A DNA stretch of 64,000 nucleotides, taken from the sequence record MK327933.1. The stretch is one strand, 5' to 3'. The translations under genes were made by a program, and so were the position numbers. Positions 1 through 8,916 of this stretch are shown in pieces; the stretch's first letter is position 1; every line of letters begins with the position of its first letter. The notes under the pieces are model-generated. The model ran no database searches. It saw only the letters and a list, made by a program, of their open reading frames with translations, and was not told where the DNA came from. The stretch is from Escherichia phage vB_EcoM_G2285.

Positions 1-127
1 CTTTAACAACAGGTCCAGAACCGCGGTAAATATCGTTTTGATTAGACTCATCACACTTATGAACACCTACATAAATTTTACCATTAACGACATTAGTAAT
101 TTGGTAAACAGTATAAACAGTTTTCAT
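1..127 (-). CDS. GIY-YIG homing endonuclease, N-terminal part (gene runs off the window start)
   Basis: ATG at 125-127 with GGAGG 6 nt upstream; own translation MKTVYTVYQITNVVNGKIYVGVHKCDESNQNDIYRGSGPVVK shows the GIY-x10-YVG plus RGS pattern of GIY-YIG nucleases; frame stays open to position 1. Confidence 0.6.
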   Translation of the reverse strand, partial: MKTVYTVYQITNVVNGKIYVGVHKCDESNQNDIYRGSGPVVK

Positions 128-149
128 AATATCCTCCATTAGTTGATAA

Positions 150-183
150 GACTATAATACCACATCCTTGTGGTATTGTAAAC
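150..183 (-). promoter_or_regulatory. Early-type sigma70-like promoter with palindromic spacer, upstream of the GIY-YIG ORF
   Basis: Minus strand reads GTTTAC - 18 nt containing perfect hairpin ATACCACA-AGGA-TGTGGTAT (157-176) - TATTAT; the -35 overlaps the stop of the gene 43 fragment. Confidence 0.45.
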
Positions 184-1703
184 TATTTTGAAGCCAAAAT
201 CTCTTTAATTATTTCAGCATTTCGCTGTGCAGCCAACATGTAGCGCTTATGTTCTTTACGCTGCAAGAATACCTTAGTGATTTCTGTTGGAATCACACCA
301 TCACGGTCTTTATAATACATCATGCCGTTAGGAGAGCAACTGTACACATCTGAAGGACGTTCGGCGATTGCGTTAATATACTCATGCAGTGGAGCTACTT
401 TAAACGTTCCTGCTATTGTTTCCGGGCTAATATTCACTTGGCGAATAATACTTGGATACAGAGATGTAAGGTCGAAACTCATTACATATTTGTATCGATT
501 TGGAATAGGTTCCTTAACAAAAGCGCCAGGATAAGGTTGAACCGGGTGAGAACGACCTTGTGGAATCACCTTGTTCTGCTCTTTAAGGCTATTAAAAATA
601 ATAGCATCCCATGTTTTAATTGGGCTAAACACAGATTGAATCTGTATCTTAGCATAATAACCCATGTCCAAGCTCAAGTTGATGAACTGACGCTTAGCAT
701 CAATTTGCAATACACGATACACGTCGATAATGTTATAAGAAATATATCGTTGGTGATTGCTTTCACGAAGCTTAGAAATAGGGCCGTCATATTTCAGTTT
801 ACCAACGTTCAATTCAAATTCTGAAATGTAATCCAGAGAATATGACGGTTGATTGGTAAAAGAGAATTTTTTGTAAAGGTCAATGTAATCAAGAACAGAG
901 ATACCGAACAATGTAATGATTTCACGAGAACCATACATGTTTTCGATAACTTTAACACGAGTTTTACGATGTGGTGACAACCGTTTTGCTGTGGATTCGC
1001 CAAAAATATTCTTGATTCGGTTATACACATATGGAATATCAAATGACTCAACGTTCCATCCAGTCAAAATGACAGGAGTTTTCTGTTGCCAGAAGTTGAG
1101 ATATTCCATCAACAATTCTTTTTCGTTATCGAACGGCATATAAATGATTTTATCGATAATTTCAGATGGAACTTCATCACCGCCTTGTTCTTGAAGCTTA
1201 GCAGCGATTTCAATAGACCATTCTTCTACATTACCATACGGAGAATTCAATAGATCAAATACATAGAACCTGTCGTCAATTGAGTCATAATGGGTGATAG
1301 CATCAATCGGATGTTTTGCTTGTGACGGCTCAGGGAACCCATCCGGAGATGTTACTTCGATGTCGAAGTTAGCCACACGAATTTTTGTATGGTCGTATTT
1401 GATTTCATAGTTATAAGTGTCAGACAAATACGCCAATTTGAAATCGTCCATGCCAAGTGCTTCAAGTCCGATATCTTCCATGCGTTTAATCCATTGGGAG
1501 GCATCACGCATATTAGCGAACAGCTTACGAGTACACGGCTTACCGTAGATATCGAAATATTTCGTAGCCTGACTTTCTGGACAATGAGCAAACAGTGATG
1601 GTTTATATTCTACTTCACGAGTACGTTCACGGCCATTAGAATCGATGTAACGTTCAAAAATTGAATCACCAATCTGTTCAACCGTTAAGTAAAATTCTTT
1701 CAT
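183..1703 (-). CDS. 43: DNA polymerase gp43, N-terminal 506 aa fragment (exonuclease domain through motif A); terminates prematurely
   Basis: ORF begins MKEFYLTVEQIGDSIFERYIDSNGRERTREV, contains exo motifs (FDIEV, ESFDIPYVY, NIIDVYRV) and polymerase motif A (SFDLTSLYPSII); intact T4/RB69 gp43 is about 900 aa, here a stop follows ...AEIIKEILASK. Confidence 0.9.
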   Translation of the reverse strand: MKEFYLTVEQIGDSIFERYIDSNGRERTREVEYKPSLFAHCPESQATKYFDIYGKPCTRKLFANMRDASQWIKRMEDIGLEALGMDDFKLAYLSDTYNYEIKYDHTKIRVANFDIEVTSPDGFPEPSQAKHPIDAITHYDSIDDRFYVFDLLNSPYGNVEEWSIEIAAKLQEQGGDEVPSEIIDKIIYMPFDNEKELLMEYLNFWQQKTPVILTGWNVESFDIPYVYNRIKNIFGESTAKRLSPHRKTRVKVIENMYGSREIITLFGISVLDYIDLYKKFSFTNQPSYSLDYISEFELNVGKLKYDGPISKLRESNHQRYISYNIIDVYRVLQIDAKRQFINLSLDMGYYAKIQIQSVFSPIKTWDAIIFNSLKEQNKVIPQGRSHPVQPYPGAFVKEPIPNRYKYVMSFDLTSLYPSIIRQVNISPETIAGTFKVAPLHEYINAIAERPSDVYSCSPNGMMYYKDRDGVIPTEITKVFLQRKEHKRYMLAAQRNAEIIKEILASK

Positions 1704-1744
1704 TTAATTTCCTTTAGACGAGTTATTGTCTTTTGTTTGTTGAT

Positions 1745-1785
1745 GAACTTATTATACTCCAAATGGGACCGAAGTCCCATTGCTT
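1745..1785 (-). promoter_or_regulatory. Promoter region of gene 43 with UUCG-tetraloop hairpin
   Basis: Minus strand -10 TATAAT (plus 1751-1756); hairpin TGGGAC-TTCG-GTCCCA (1764-1779) directly after the regA stop. Confidence 0.4.
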
Positions 1786-2153
1786 TAATTACCAATTGTA
1801 TATTTTGCTTTCAAAGTCCAGTCATCTTTCTGTTTAAAAGAGATAACACGGAAGTTATTAGTCAGGCCAAACAGATCTTCACGAGCAGAGTCTTCAATAA
1901 CAATCAAGCCCCAGTCTTCAAGCAACTGAGCAATCGAATCACGTCGCTGATAGTCTTCACCATCAATATCAACCTGACGTCCGTCCATACGCAACATTTC
2001 TTTAAAGTGGACGATGTAGTATTTACCTTGCTTTTGGAGGATATGACAGGACTGATAAAGAACTTTATCCTTGTTATTAGCGATGCCCATACGGGTCAAA
2101 GTCTCTTTGACTTTCAGAAAATCTTCAGGGTTCTTCAATTTAATTTCAATCAT
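1785..2153 (-). CDS. regA: Translational repressor RegA
   Basis: ORF 1785-2162; from the internal start MIEIKLKNPEDFLKVKETLTRMGIANNKDK it is 122 aa, the RegA length; position between 43 and 62. Confidence 0.85.
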   Translation of the reverse strand: MIEIKLKNPEDFLKVKETLTRMGIANNKDKVLYQSCHILQKQGKYYIVHFKEMLRMDGRQVDIDGEDYQRRDSIAQLLEDWGLIVIEDSAREDLFGLTNNFRVISFKQKDDWTLKAKYTIGN

Positions 2154-2155
2154 TT

Positions 2156-2719
2156 TTACCATTCCAATGCTAATTTTTTAAATTGTTTTTGTTCTTTCAC
2201 ATTTTTTGTAACTTCTTTGAGAAACTCATCAGTGACCATGGCCTTCAGTTCTTTAAGGACTATTGGCAACTTGTTATTTTTTTCAAGGAGCCGCTTATAC
2301 TCGGTAGCATCATTCATGTTGATTGTGTAATGTTTCATCAACAGTTTGATAACTAGTAACTCTGAAGTGTCTTCGACTAGTTTAGCCCATTTAGAGAATC
2401 GACGACCACGCGGAATTGCTGCCATCATATAGTTGAAGTGCGCTTCATCACTTAATTCAGAACCGACTAAGTTCATCATGTAAACAGCTGGCATACATTC
2501 TGGGAACTGGGATAATGAGTTCTCAACCATAAATTTTGAGTAGTCGACCTGAGCAATTGACATAGATTTCTTTTCATTAATAGCATTAATGATTTTAAAG
2601 AATTCATTCTCAGGTTTTTCTTTAAACATATCAGCACATTTTTGAATCGCATCAGCATCATTAGACTTCCATGCAATTTGGTGCTCGTTAAGTTGGACGT
2701 CATCATCAAATAAGTTCAT
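2156..2719 (-). CDS. 62: Clamp loader small subunit gp62
   Basis: 187 aa ORF immediately downstream of gene 44, abutting stop/start; size and synteny match gp62. Confidence 0.8.
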   Translation of the reverse strand: MNLFDDDVQLNEHQIAWKSNDADAIQKCADMFKEKPENEFFKIINAINEKKSMSIAQVDYSKFMVENSLSQFPECMPAVYMMNLVGSELSDEAHFNYMMAAIPRGRRFSKWAKLVEDTSELLVIKLLMKHYTINMNDATEYKRLLEKNNKLPIVLKELKAMVTDEFLKEVTKNVKEQKQFKKLALEW

Positions 2720-2720
2720 A

Positions 2721-3683
2721 TTATTTCCAAGTCAGTTCGCAGGTCAGTTGAAGAAGCATATACATAACATGTAATTCAATATTACTTGCTAATCCATGAA
2801 ACTTATTATTTTCGCCTGCAATTTCATAAAGCGAAATAATACTTTTACCTGGTGCAACTTTGTCATAACACTCAGAAACTAATTTATCGATGAACCATGA
2901 ATAATCAGCGGCATATTTTGGAGCTAACGCACGAAGCTGTTTGATATCTTTATTTTTCATTGCTTCTATGACATCATCTACCGTGCCACGATCATTGGTT
3001 ACAATCGACAAAATACCTGCATCAAGAACACCTTTAGACGAGTACTGGTCTAATTGACCAATTGTACGTCGAAAGTCCGGGAAGTTCTTTTTAACCAGAG
3101 CTGCAACAACTTTCATATCAGCGATTTCGATATTTTCGTTCTTACAGATTTCAACCATGCGATGAATCATTTTCTTCATCATTGAGATTTTATCTTCTTC
3201 GGTTGGACGTCCGAATTCGATAACTCGACAACGACTACGTAACGGTTCGATAATTCCATCGATGTTGTTGGCAGTAATAATAATAGAACAGTTACTAGAG
3301 AATTCTTCCATGAATGTACGAAGGTGACGTTGTGATTCAGCGAGGCCACTACGGTCAAATTCATCAATAACAATAACTTTAGGCTTGCCTTCCATTGAGA
3401 CTGAACGAGCGAATGCAGTTAATGGGCCACGCACAAAATCAATCTTACAATCAGAACCGTTGACGAACATCATTTCGGCATTGATATCATTACATAATGC
3501 TTTTGCTACGGTTGTTTTACCTGTACCAGGAGAAGGAGAGTGTAAAATAATATGAGGAAGTTTTCCTTTAGATACTAAAGACTTGAATGTTTCATGGTCA
3601 TACGCAGGCAGAATACATTCGTCAATGGAAGAAGGACGATATTTCTGTTCTAGAATGTGTTCTTTGGAATTGATAGTAATCAT
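2721..3683 (-). CDS. 44: Clamp loader ATPase gp44
   Basis: 320 aa; Walker [11 protein letters not shown], Walker [12 protein letters not shown] motif (LRSRC) typical of RFC-like clamp loaders. Confidence 0.9.
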   Translation of the reverse strand: MITINSKEHILEQKYRPSSIDECILPAYDHETFKSLVSKGKLPHIILHSPSPGTGKTTVAKALCNDINAEMMFVNGSDCKIDFVRGPLTAFARSVSMEGKPKVIVIDEFDRSGLAESQRHLRTFMEEFSSNCSIIITANNIDGIIEPLRSRCRVIEFGRPTEEDKISMMKKMIHRMVEICKNENIEIADMKVVAALVKKNFPDFRRTIGQLDQYSSKGVLDAGILSIVTNDRGTVDDVIEAMKNKDIKQLRALAPKYAADYSWFIDKLVSECYDKVAPGKSIISLYEIAGENNKFHGLASNIELHVMYMLLQLTCELTWK

Positions 3684-3758
3684 GTAATTTTCCTCATTAT
3701 CATTAAACTGGAGGATTTCTCCTCCATAATCGTATCACAATAAACGTAAAGCTTTGAC

Positions 3759-4445
3759 TTAGAAGTCGTGAGTAGAATCGGCTTCCATCGCAATAACATA
3801 ACTTACTTGAGAGCTTTCAAACTTAGCTGCAACTTTATCACCAGCTCCCCACAACATTACTTTATAGTTACCTGGCTGGATTTTCATATTAGCCATATTG
3901 ATTACGAAGTTAAAGTTGTTAGAACCATCATAATCGGTAAGAGTCAAAGAATACTTAGGACGAGTTAGTCCGGAATCTTCAACTTTATTATAGCCATTGA
4001 TAACAATTTTACCATCTTTATTTGTAATAGCAATTGTATCAATCTGAAGACCACGTGAAACTCGAAGCAATTGTTGAAGGTCTTCGGCTTTAATTTCAGT
4101 AATCACAGAAGCCACTGGGAATTGAATTGGCTTATTAGGAAAAACAATGGTGCTCTTGTCAGCGGCAGGCCAATAAACTGTGGAACGTGTATCTGCAATT
4201 TTAATATTACCATCAGTGTGCATTGAAATTTCAGCATCGTCAGACACTAGACTCAAAATGCTTAAGAAGCTATTCAAATCATAAAGTGCTACGTCAAAAT
4301 CAATTTCATCAGAGATATTTGCTTCCGCATAAGTGGTGCCATTAACTGCACGAGTCATAATAAATTTACCTTGACTCAGCAGAATGCCAGAGTTAATAGA
4401 AGCGAAGTTTTTCAGAATATTTACGGTTTCACGGCTAAGTTTCAT
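3759..4445 (-). CDS. 45: Sliding clamp gp45
   Basis: 228 aa, begins MKLSRETVNILKNFASINSGILL; length and position between 44 and rpbA match gp45. Confidence 0.85.
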   Translation of the reverse strand: MKLSRETVNILKNFASINSGILLSQGKFIMTRAVNGTTYAEANISDEIDFDVALYDLNSFLSILSLVSDDAEISMHTDGNIKIADTRSTVYWPAADKSTIVFPNKPIQFPVASVITEIKAEDLQQLLRVSRGLQIDTIAITNKDGKIVINGYNKVEDSGLTRPKYSLTLTDYDGSNNFNFVINMANMKIQPGNYKVMLWGAGDKVAAKFESSQVSYVIAMEADSTHDF

Positions 4446-4804
4446 TTAGGTTTCCTATTAGCATAATAATTTGTCCAAGACCGGATAGCACCTTGGTATG
4501 ATTCATCATTAAAACCATGCTGAATTGCATGTTTTCTAAATGTAATATAACTTGGTTTTCCTAAAGCAATCCACAATTCCTTTAATTTTTGTTCATGAAA
4601 TATCCATGTACCTCTAGCTTTAGATTTTCTGAATTTATCCTTAAATTCTTTGGTTGCATTTCTTTTCGAAGCTGCGATAGAGGCCTTTGCTCTATTTTCA
4701 GGTTTAGACCAATACAATGTTTTAGATATTTTTATTTTATCTTTAACATTAGGAGAATTCATTATATCTTTAAATTTTAAAGCAAAATCTCTATCGCTAA
4801 ACAT
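4442..4804 (-). CDS. Basic 120 aa protein overlapping the 3' end of the upstream GIY-YIG-like ORF; possible DNA-binding module or separate small gene
   Basis: ATG at 4802-4804 lies inside the last 28 nt of ORF 4777-5340 in another frame; lysine/arginine rich; ATGA overlap with gene 45 start. Confidence 0.4.
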   Translation of the reverse strand: MFSDRDFALKFKDIMNSPNVKDKIKISKTLYWSKPENRAKASIAASKRNATKEFKDKFRKSKARGTWIFHEQKLKELWIALGKPSYITFRKHAIQHGFNDESYQGAIRSWTNYYANRKPK

Positions 4805-5340
4805 TTTTTAGAACGAATAGAAACTTTCTCTCTTCGTTCTTTGGTCCAATATGTTTTTTGAAATTCTCTAATTGCGTTTAAATGATTCTCCGACAATTTG
4901 CAATTTTTTCTAACACCGACGTAATCTTCATTTATTTCGTTTTTAGAAAGTTTTACTATTTTGCCTGTTTTTAAATTTTTATACGGTGCGTATCCTTTAG
5001 CTGATATTCTAGACTTCTCGTTAGCATAAGCCTTATTAAAATATTTTTCATTTGAAACGGCTTTAACATTGAGTTGGAATAGTCTTTCTATTCTTCTAGG
5101 GTCTAATGTGGTTTCGCCTAAAATTTTTACAGAATATTCGCCTTGGTCTATTAATCTGTTATATAAAGGAGAATACGAGGAATTAACACTACCGGTATAT
5201 ATTTTACCGGTAGAATCTTCAATAATATCCTTTCCATTAAAATGACACGAAACTTTAGAACCTATATAATAACACGGGTATTCATTTTTAATCTCACGAT
5301 TATAAAAGGTTATAAGATATATTAAATTCATAATTATCAA
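4777..5340 (-). CDS. Seg-like GIY-YIG endonuclease (catalytic domain), inserted between rpbA and 45
   Basis: 187 aa; N-terminus NLIYLITFYNREIKNEYPCYYIGSKVSCHF resembles the GIY...YIG motif; ATGA overlap with the rpbA stop. Confidence 0.5.
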   Translation of the reverse strand: MIIMNLIYLITFYNREIKNEYPCYYIGSKVSCHFNGKDIIEDSTGKIYTGSVNSSYSPLYNRLIDQGEYSVKILGETTLDPRRIERLFQLNVKAVSNEKYFNKAYANEKSRISAKGYAPYKNLKTGKIVKLSKNEINEDYVGVRKNCKLSENHLNAIREFQKTYWTKERREKVSIRSKKCLAIEILL

Positions 5341-5753
5341 GCAGCAACCATTTGCTTTTTAATAGCTTCAGGCAGTGATTCAATATATTCTGGAATTTTA
5401 GAAGCAACAATTTCGCCAGCTGCAATTAGTTGTTCGTCGGCATCAACACAGTAAAAATCTTCAAGGCGTTCAGAACCGTCTTTATCAAGAACGATTTTAG
5501 CACCTGCTTCGATAGAATCTTTATAGTGCTTACGCATCAAATGAATCCACATATCAGACACATCGTTATCAATAAAACCATAAATCATGAAACGAGTTTC
5601 TTGTGGAAGAGATTGAAGCTTTTTAGCACTTGCGTCATCACAATGCAGGACCCATGCTTTACGAACACGATTATGGTTATGTGGGTTAGCGTCAGTACGG
5701 ATAGAAGTAACTTTCAGATCAGCAGCAGTGAAACCTTTAGCAGTAGTAAACAT
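5337..5753 (-). CDS. rpbA: Putative RNA polymerase-binding protein RpbA
   Basis: 138 aa ORF in the position of rpbA in the T4-type 46-45.2-rpbA-45 block; assigned by synteny only. Confidence 0.45.
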   Translation of the reverse strand: MFTTAKGFTAADLKVTSIRTDANPHNHNRVRKAWVLHCDDASAKKLQSLPQETRFMIYGFIDNDVSDMWIHLMRKHYKDSIEAGAKIVLDKDGSERLEDFYCVDADEQLIAAGEIVASKIPEYIESLPEAIKKQMVAA

Positions 5754-5765
5754 ATTATTTCTCTC

Positions 5766-5957
5766 TTATTCGTAGAAGTCGGTAACTGTCCATGCGGAAT
5801 TGCGATTAGACATTATTTTATTATACTCATCTTTAAAAGCAGATTCGAGCATTTGTTCAGTAACAATATGTTCTTCACCTGAAAACGTATTGGTCAAAAC
5901 ATATTTTTTAATTTCAGGGACAACAAGAAGATGTTGACCAGTTGAATACTCCGCCAT
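5766..5957 (-). CDS. Small conserved early protein (45.2-like)
   Basis: 63 aa ORF MAEYSTGQHLLV... preceded by TATAAT; position matches T4 45.2. Confidence 0.5.
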   Translation of the reverse strand: MAEYSTGQHLLVVPEIKKYVLTNTFSGEEHIVTEQMLESAFKDEYNKIMSNRNSAWTVTDFYE

Positions 5958-5981
5958 TATAAATCTCCGAGATTAAAGCAA

Positions 5982-5989
5982 TATAAATA
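5982..5989 (+). promoter_or_regulatory. Late promoter TATAAATA upstream of the HNH endonuclease gene
   Basis: Exact TATAAATA on plus strand 46 nt upstream of the ATG at 6035. Confidence 0.5.
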
Positions 5990-6034
5990 GGTTTATCAAT
6001 TTATCTGTTGCTGTATCAAATAAGGATTTAGTAA

Positions 6035-6751
6035 ATGAATTATAACTCAATATACGAAAAGCTTATCACCAATGCTAAATCAAGAAGTTTAGATGGTTAT
6101 ACAGAACGTCATCACATTATACCACAATGTTTAGGTGGAAGTGATGATGCTTTAAACTTAGTAGACTTAACACCGGAAGAACATTATTTGGCACATCAAC
6201 TGTTGGTAAAAATCCATCCAGATAATGCCTCTTTAATATATGCTGCTCGTATGATGACTATCTCATCTCCTAAAGCAGATAGAAGCAAAAACAAATTATT
6301 TGGATGGCTTCGACGTAAGAATCAAGAAGTTCAAAAGAACAAAGAATTCACTGCTGAAACTCGTAAGAAAATGTCCGAGTCGGCAAAAAATAAACCAAAG
6401 ATTACATGTCCACACTGCGGTTTAACCGGCACTGAAGGAAACATGAGACGTTGGCATTTTGATAACTGTAAACAAGGCCCTACGCCTAAAATAGTAAAAC
6501 TTGATCAAGAAACAAAGGATAAAATAATTAAAACCATGGCCACGAAAATTTGGAAAGAAGATTCTTGCCCGTTTTGTGGCTTAACTACTAAGTTATCGGC
6601 GTTAAAGCCGCATATAAAATTCTGTAAATCAAATCCTAACAGAAAGAAAAAAGAGGACAAGAAAATTAAATGTCCTCATTGCGATAAAATAGGGATCCCT
6701 GCTAATATGCGTCGTTGGCATTTTGATAACTGTAAACATAAGCCTCATTAA
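6035..6751 (+). CDS. HNH homing endonuclease with three C-terminal zinc-ribbon-like repeats
   Basis: 238 aa; HNH core TERHHIIPQCLGGSDDALNLVDLTPEEHYLAHQ; three CPxCG...NMRRWHFDNCK-like units; only plus-strand gene in the early region, between 45.2 and 46. Confidence 0.8.
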   Translation: MNYNSIYEKLITNAKSRSLDGYTERHHIIPQCLGGSDDALNLVDLTPEEHYLAHQLLVKIHPDNASLIYAARMMTISSPKADRSKNKLFGWLRRKNQEVQKNKEFTAETRKKMSESAKNKPKITCPHCGLTGTEGNMRRWHFDNCKQGPTPKIVKLDQETKDKIIKTMATKIWKEDSCPFCGLTTKLSALKPHIKFCKSNPNRKKKEDKKIKCPHCDKIGIPANMRRWHFDNCKHKPH

Positions 6752-8436
6752 GAGGCTTTCATTACAGTAAATCGTCCAACTTTGCTCATTTGCAAATGCT
6801 GTCCATAAGCTTGTGGGTCATGGTCTCTGTGACTAATTATAAACACGTTTGCATCGGTTAGAGAGTTAAGAATTGTTGAAATAGCTTTAATACCTTCAGA
6901 ATCAGTCGCGGAATCCATGACTTCGTCCATAATTAATGTATTGATTCTAACACCAGAGACCTTTTCAGCAATATCTCGCCATGTAAACAACAACGCGATA
7001 TCAATACGTGCTTTTTCACCTTGACTAAATGAAGCATAACTGAACTCTTCACGGCCACGTGATTTTATAGATTCGTTGAATTCTTCGTCAATAGAAAACA
7101 CGTAATCAGCTTCCATGATTTTAAGATAATGGTTAATCTGCTTGTTGAACAGAGGCACATATTTTTTAATGATAGCACCTTTAATACCAGAATCTTTTAA
7201 CATATCTGTAATAATACCACGATGGTATTTTTCAAGAACGATATCTGATTTTGTTTTAATGATTTTATCAAGTTCTTTTTGAAGCAAAGCTATCTCATCG
7301 GCATGGTCGATAAATTCTGCTGAGGCTTGCTCTATTGCAGCTTTAACTTTCTTAGCTTTATCAATAGTGGCAATCATTGCTTGTTTCTTGGTACGAATAT
7401 CAGATGCAAGGTCCTGTTTAGTCTTAACATTAGCTCTATATTCGTCCACTAGGACACTCAGATTATCTCTGTGACATGTAAGTTGCTCGAATGAGTGATT
7501 ACATTCATGAAGCTTATCGGTAATCTTAGAGACAATAGGATCACCCTGGTGCAACTGTGATGCACAAGTAGGACATGTGCCACCGTCATGATACATCTTA
7601 ATAACTTTGTTATATGAGTCGATTTTAGATTTAATCAAGAATGCTTCTTGTCCTATCTTGTTGAATGCCTCAGTAGGGTCTTCGTCAAGAACGATATTAA
7701 GTAGACGCTCGTTAGCTTCTTCAATTTCTGCTTTTAATGAACGAGCTTCTTTGGCTAGGTCGTCATACATATTCTGTAGACGCGCTACATTATCACCAGA
7801 TAATTTCTTTTGACGTTCGATATTCTCGTTATAAATCTTAATTTGTTGGATAACACCATCTTTCTTGGCATCGAGAACTTGTCCCTGGGAATTAAGTTCT
7901 CGAACTTGAGACTTATTGATTTTATCCATTTCAGCGAGTGTGCCGACTTCTAAAAGGTCTTCGACAAGTTTTCTACGAGCAGGGGTGCTAAGAGCCATGA
8001 AAGGGGTATACCCTGCCGTCCCAAGCACAACGATCTGTTTAAAAGACGCGTATGACATTCCGATGCTACGTTCAAATTCTTCTTGGAAGTCACGACTGCT
8101 GGCAGATTCATCAAGACGAACACCGTCAACGGAGATTTCGAAAATATTGGGCTTTTGGCCACGTCTAATGAAGTATTTTTTATCATCGAATTCCATCCAA
8201 AGCTCAACTAAGAGCTCTTTCTTGTTCGTGCTATTAATGATTTGTCCTTTCTTAACATCACGAAATGGTTTACCGAAAAGTCCGAAAGTAATGGCTTCTA
8301 ACATCGTAGATTTACCACCGCCATTTTTACCTGTGATTAAGGTCTTTTGGACTTTATCTAATTGGATATCGATAAAATTTTGCCCAACAGACATTATATT
8401 TTTATAACGAACACGATTTAATTTAAATGTTTTCAT
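6748..8436 (-). CDS. 46: Recombination/repair ATPase gp46 (SbcC/Rad50-like)
   Basis: 562 aa; Walker A GKNGGGKST near N-terminus, long coiled coil, CPTC zinc hook, C-terminal ABC signature and Walker B (LIMDEV). Confidence 0.9.
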   Translation of the reverse strand: MKTFKLNRVRYKNIMSVGQNFIDIQLDKVQKTLITGKNGGGKSTMLEAITFGLFGKPFRDVKKGQIINSTNKKELLVELWMEFDDKKYFIRRGQKPNIFEISVDGVRLDESASSRDFQEEFERSIGMSYASFKQIVVLGTAGYTPFMALSTPARRKLVEDLLEVGTLAEMDKINKSQVRELNSQGQVLDAKKDGVIQQIKIYNENIERQKKLSGDNVARLQNMYDDLAKEARSLKAEIEEANERLLNIVLDEDPTEAFNKIGQEAFLIKSKIDSYNKVIKMYHDGGTCPTCASQLHQGDPIVSKITDKLHECNHSFEQLTCHRDNLSVLVDEYRANVKTKQDLASDIRTKKQAMIATIDKAKKVKAAIEQASAEFIDHADEIALLQKELDKIIKTKSDIVLEKYHRGIITDMLKDSGIKGAIIKKYVPLFNKQINHYLKIMEADYVFSIDEEFNESIKSRGREEFSYASFSQGEKARIDIALLFTWRDIAEKVSGVRINTLIMDEVMDSATDSEGIKAISTILNSLTDANVFIISHRDHDPQAYGQHLQMSKVGRFTVMKAS

Positions 8437-8681
8437 ATGTATTCTCTTCGAATGAAGTCCTCTACATATTTTAACATGTCATCTCTATCAGCAAAATATT
8501 CATCTAGTTCTGCATACATAACAACACCTGGTGCGTACTCACAGGTAACATACATTGTTCCAAAGAAACGAGGAGTTGATTCCTCGTAATTCTCGGTCCA
8601 TTCAACAATACCAATATAACCGTCACCAATACTAAATTCATGACGATGGATTTCATAATCAGTCTTCGTCATTATACGCAT
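8433..8681 (-). CDS. Hypothetical small protein
   Basis: 82 aa ORF tiled between 46 and 47, ATGA overlap with gene 46. Confidence 0.5.
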   Translation of the reverse strand: MRIMTKTDYEIHRHEFSIGDGYIGIVEWTENYEESTPRFFGTMYVTCEYAPGVVMYAELDEYFADRDDMLKYVEDFIRREYI

Positions 8682-8916
8682 CCTCGATACACGCTTCAGC
8701 CATTTTAAGAATAGAACCAGGAGTATCGTTGTCCATTATATTAAAGCTAAATTCAATAGCCCAGTCGGTGCAGACATGAACTGCTTTAACTTCATTGCCT
8801 TCAACGCGTAATGGCTCAATCCAATACTTAATAGTGTTCTCGAATCCATCATCATCTTTAACGTCCATTTCAACTTCAAGCCTGAGTCCAGCATTGTTAA
8901 ATTCATCTAAAGTCAT
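8659..8916 (-). CDS. Hypothetical small acidic protein
   Basis: 85 aa ORF tiled between 46 and 47. Confidence 0.5.
   Translation of the reverse strand: MTLDEFNNAGLRLEVEMDVKDDDGFENTIKYWIEPLRVEGNEVKAVHVCTDWAIEFSFNIMDNDTPGSILKMAEACIEDAYNDED

Noticed and set aside
183-183. Premature stop in gene 43 as a sequencing or assembly error
   Set aside because: A promoter-like element, a ribosome-binding site and a clean GIY-YIG ORF follow immediately, which fits a real insertion better than a point error; cannot be excluded without reads.
384-824. Plus-strand ORF of 146 aa inside gene 43
   Set aside because: Lies antisense within a well-supported polymerase coding region; low-complexity translation; typical spurious ORF of AT-rich DNA.
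1737-2330. Plus-strand ORF of 197 aa spanning regA and gene 62
   Set aside because: Antisense to two conserved genes and crosses their intergenic promoter; no start context.
4442-4804. Programmed ribosomal frameshift joining ORF 4777-5340 to ORF 4442-4804
   Set aside because: Not rejected outright, but the downstream ORF has its own ATG and a stop two codons upstream in its frame, and short overlaps with internal starts are the norm for coupled genes here; a separate gene or a decayed endonuclease is at least as likely.
7916-8407. Plus-strand ORF of 163 aa inside gene 46
   Set aside because: Antisense to gp46, serine-rich low-complexity translation.
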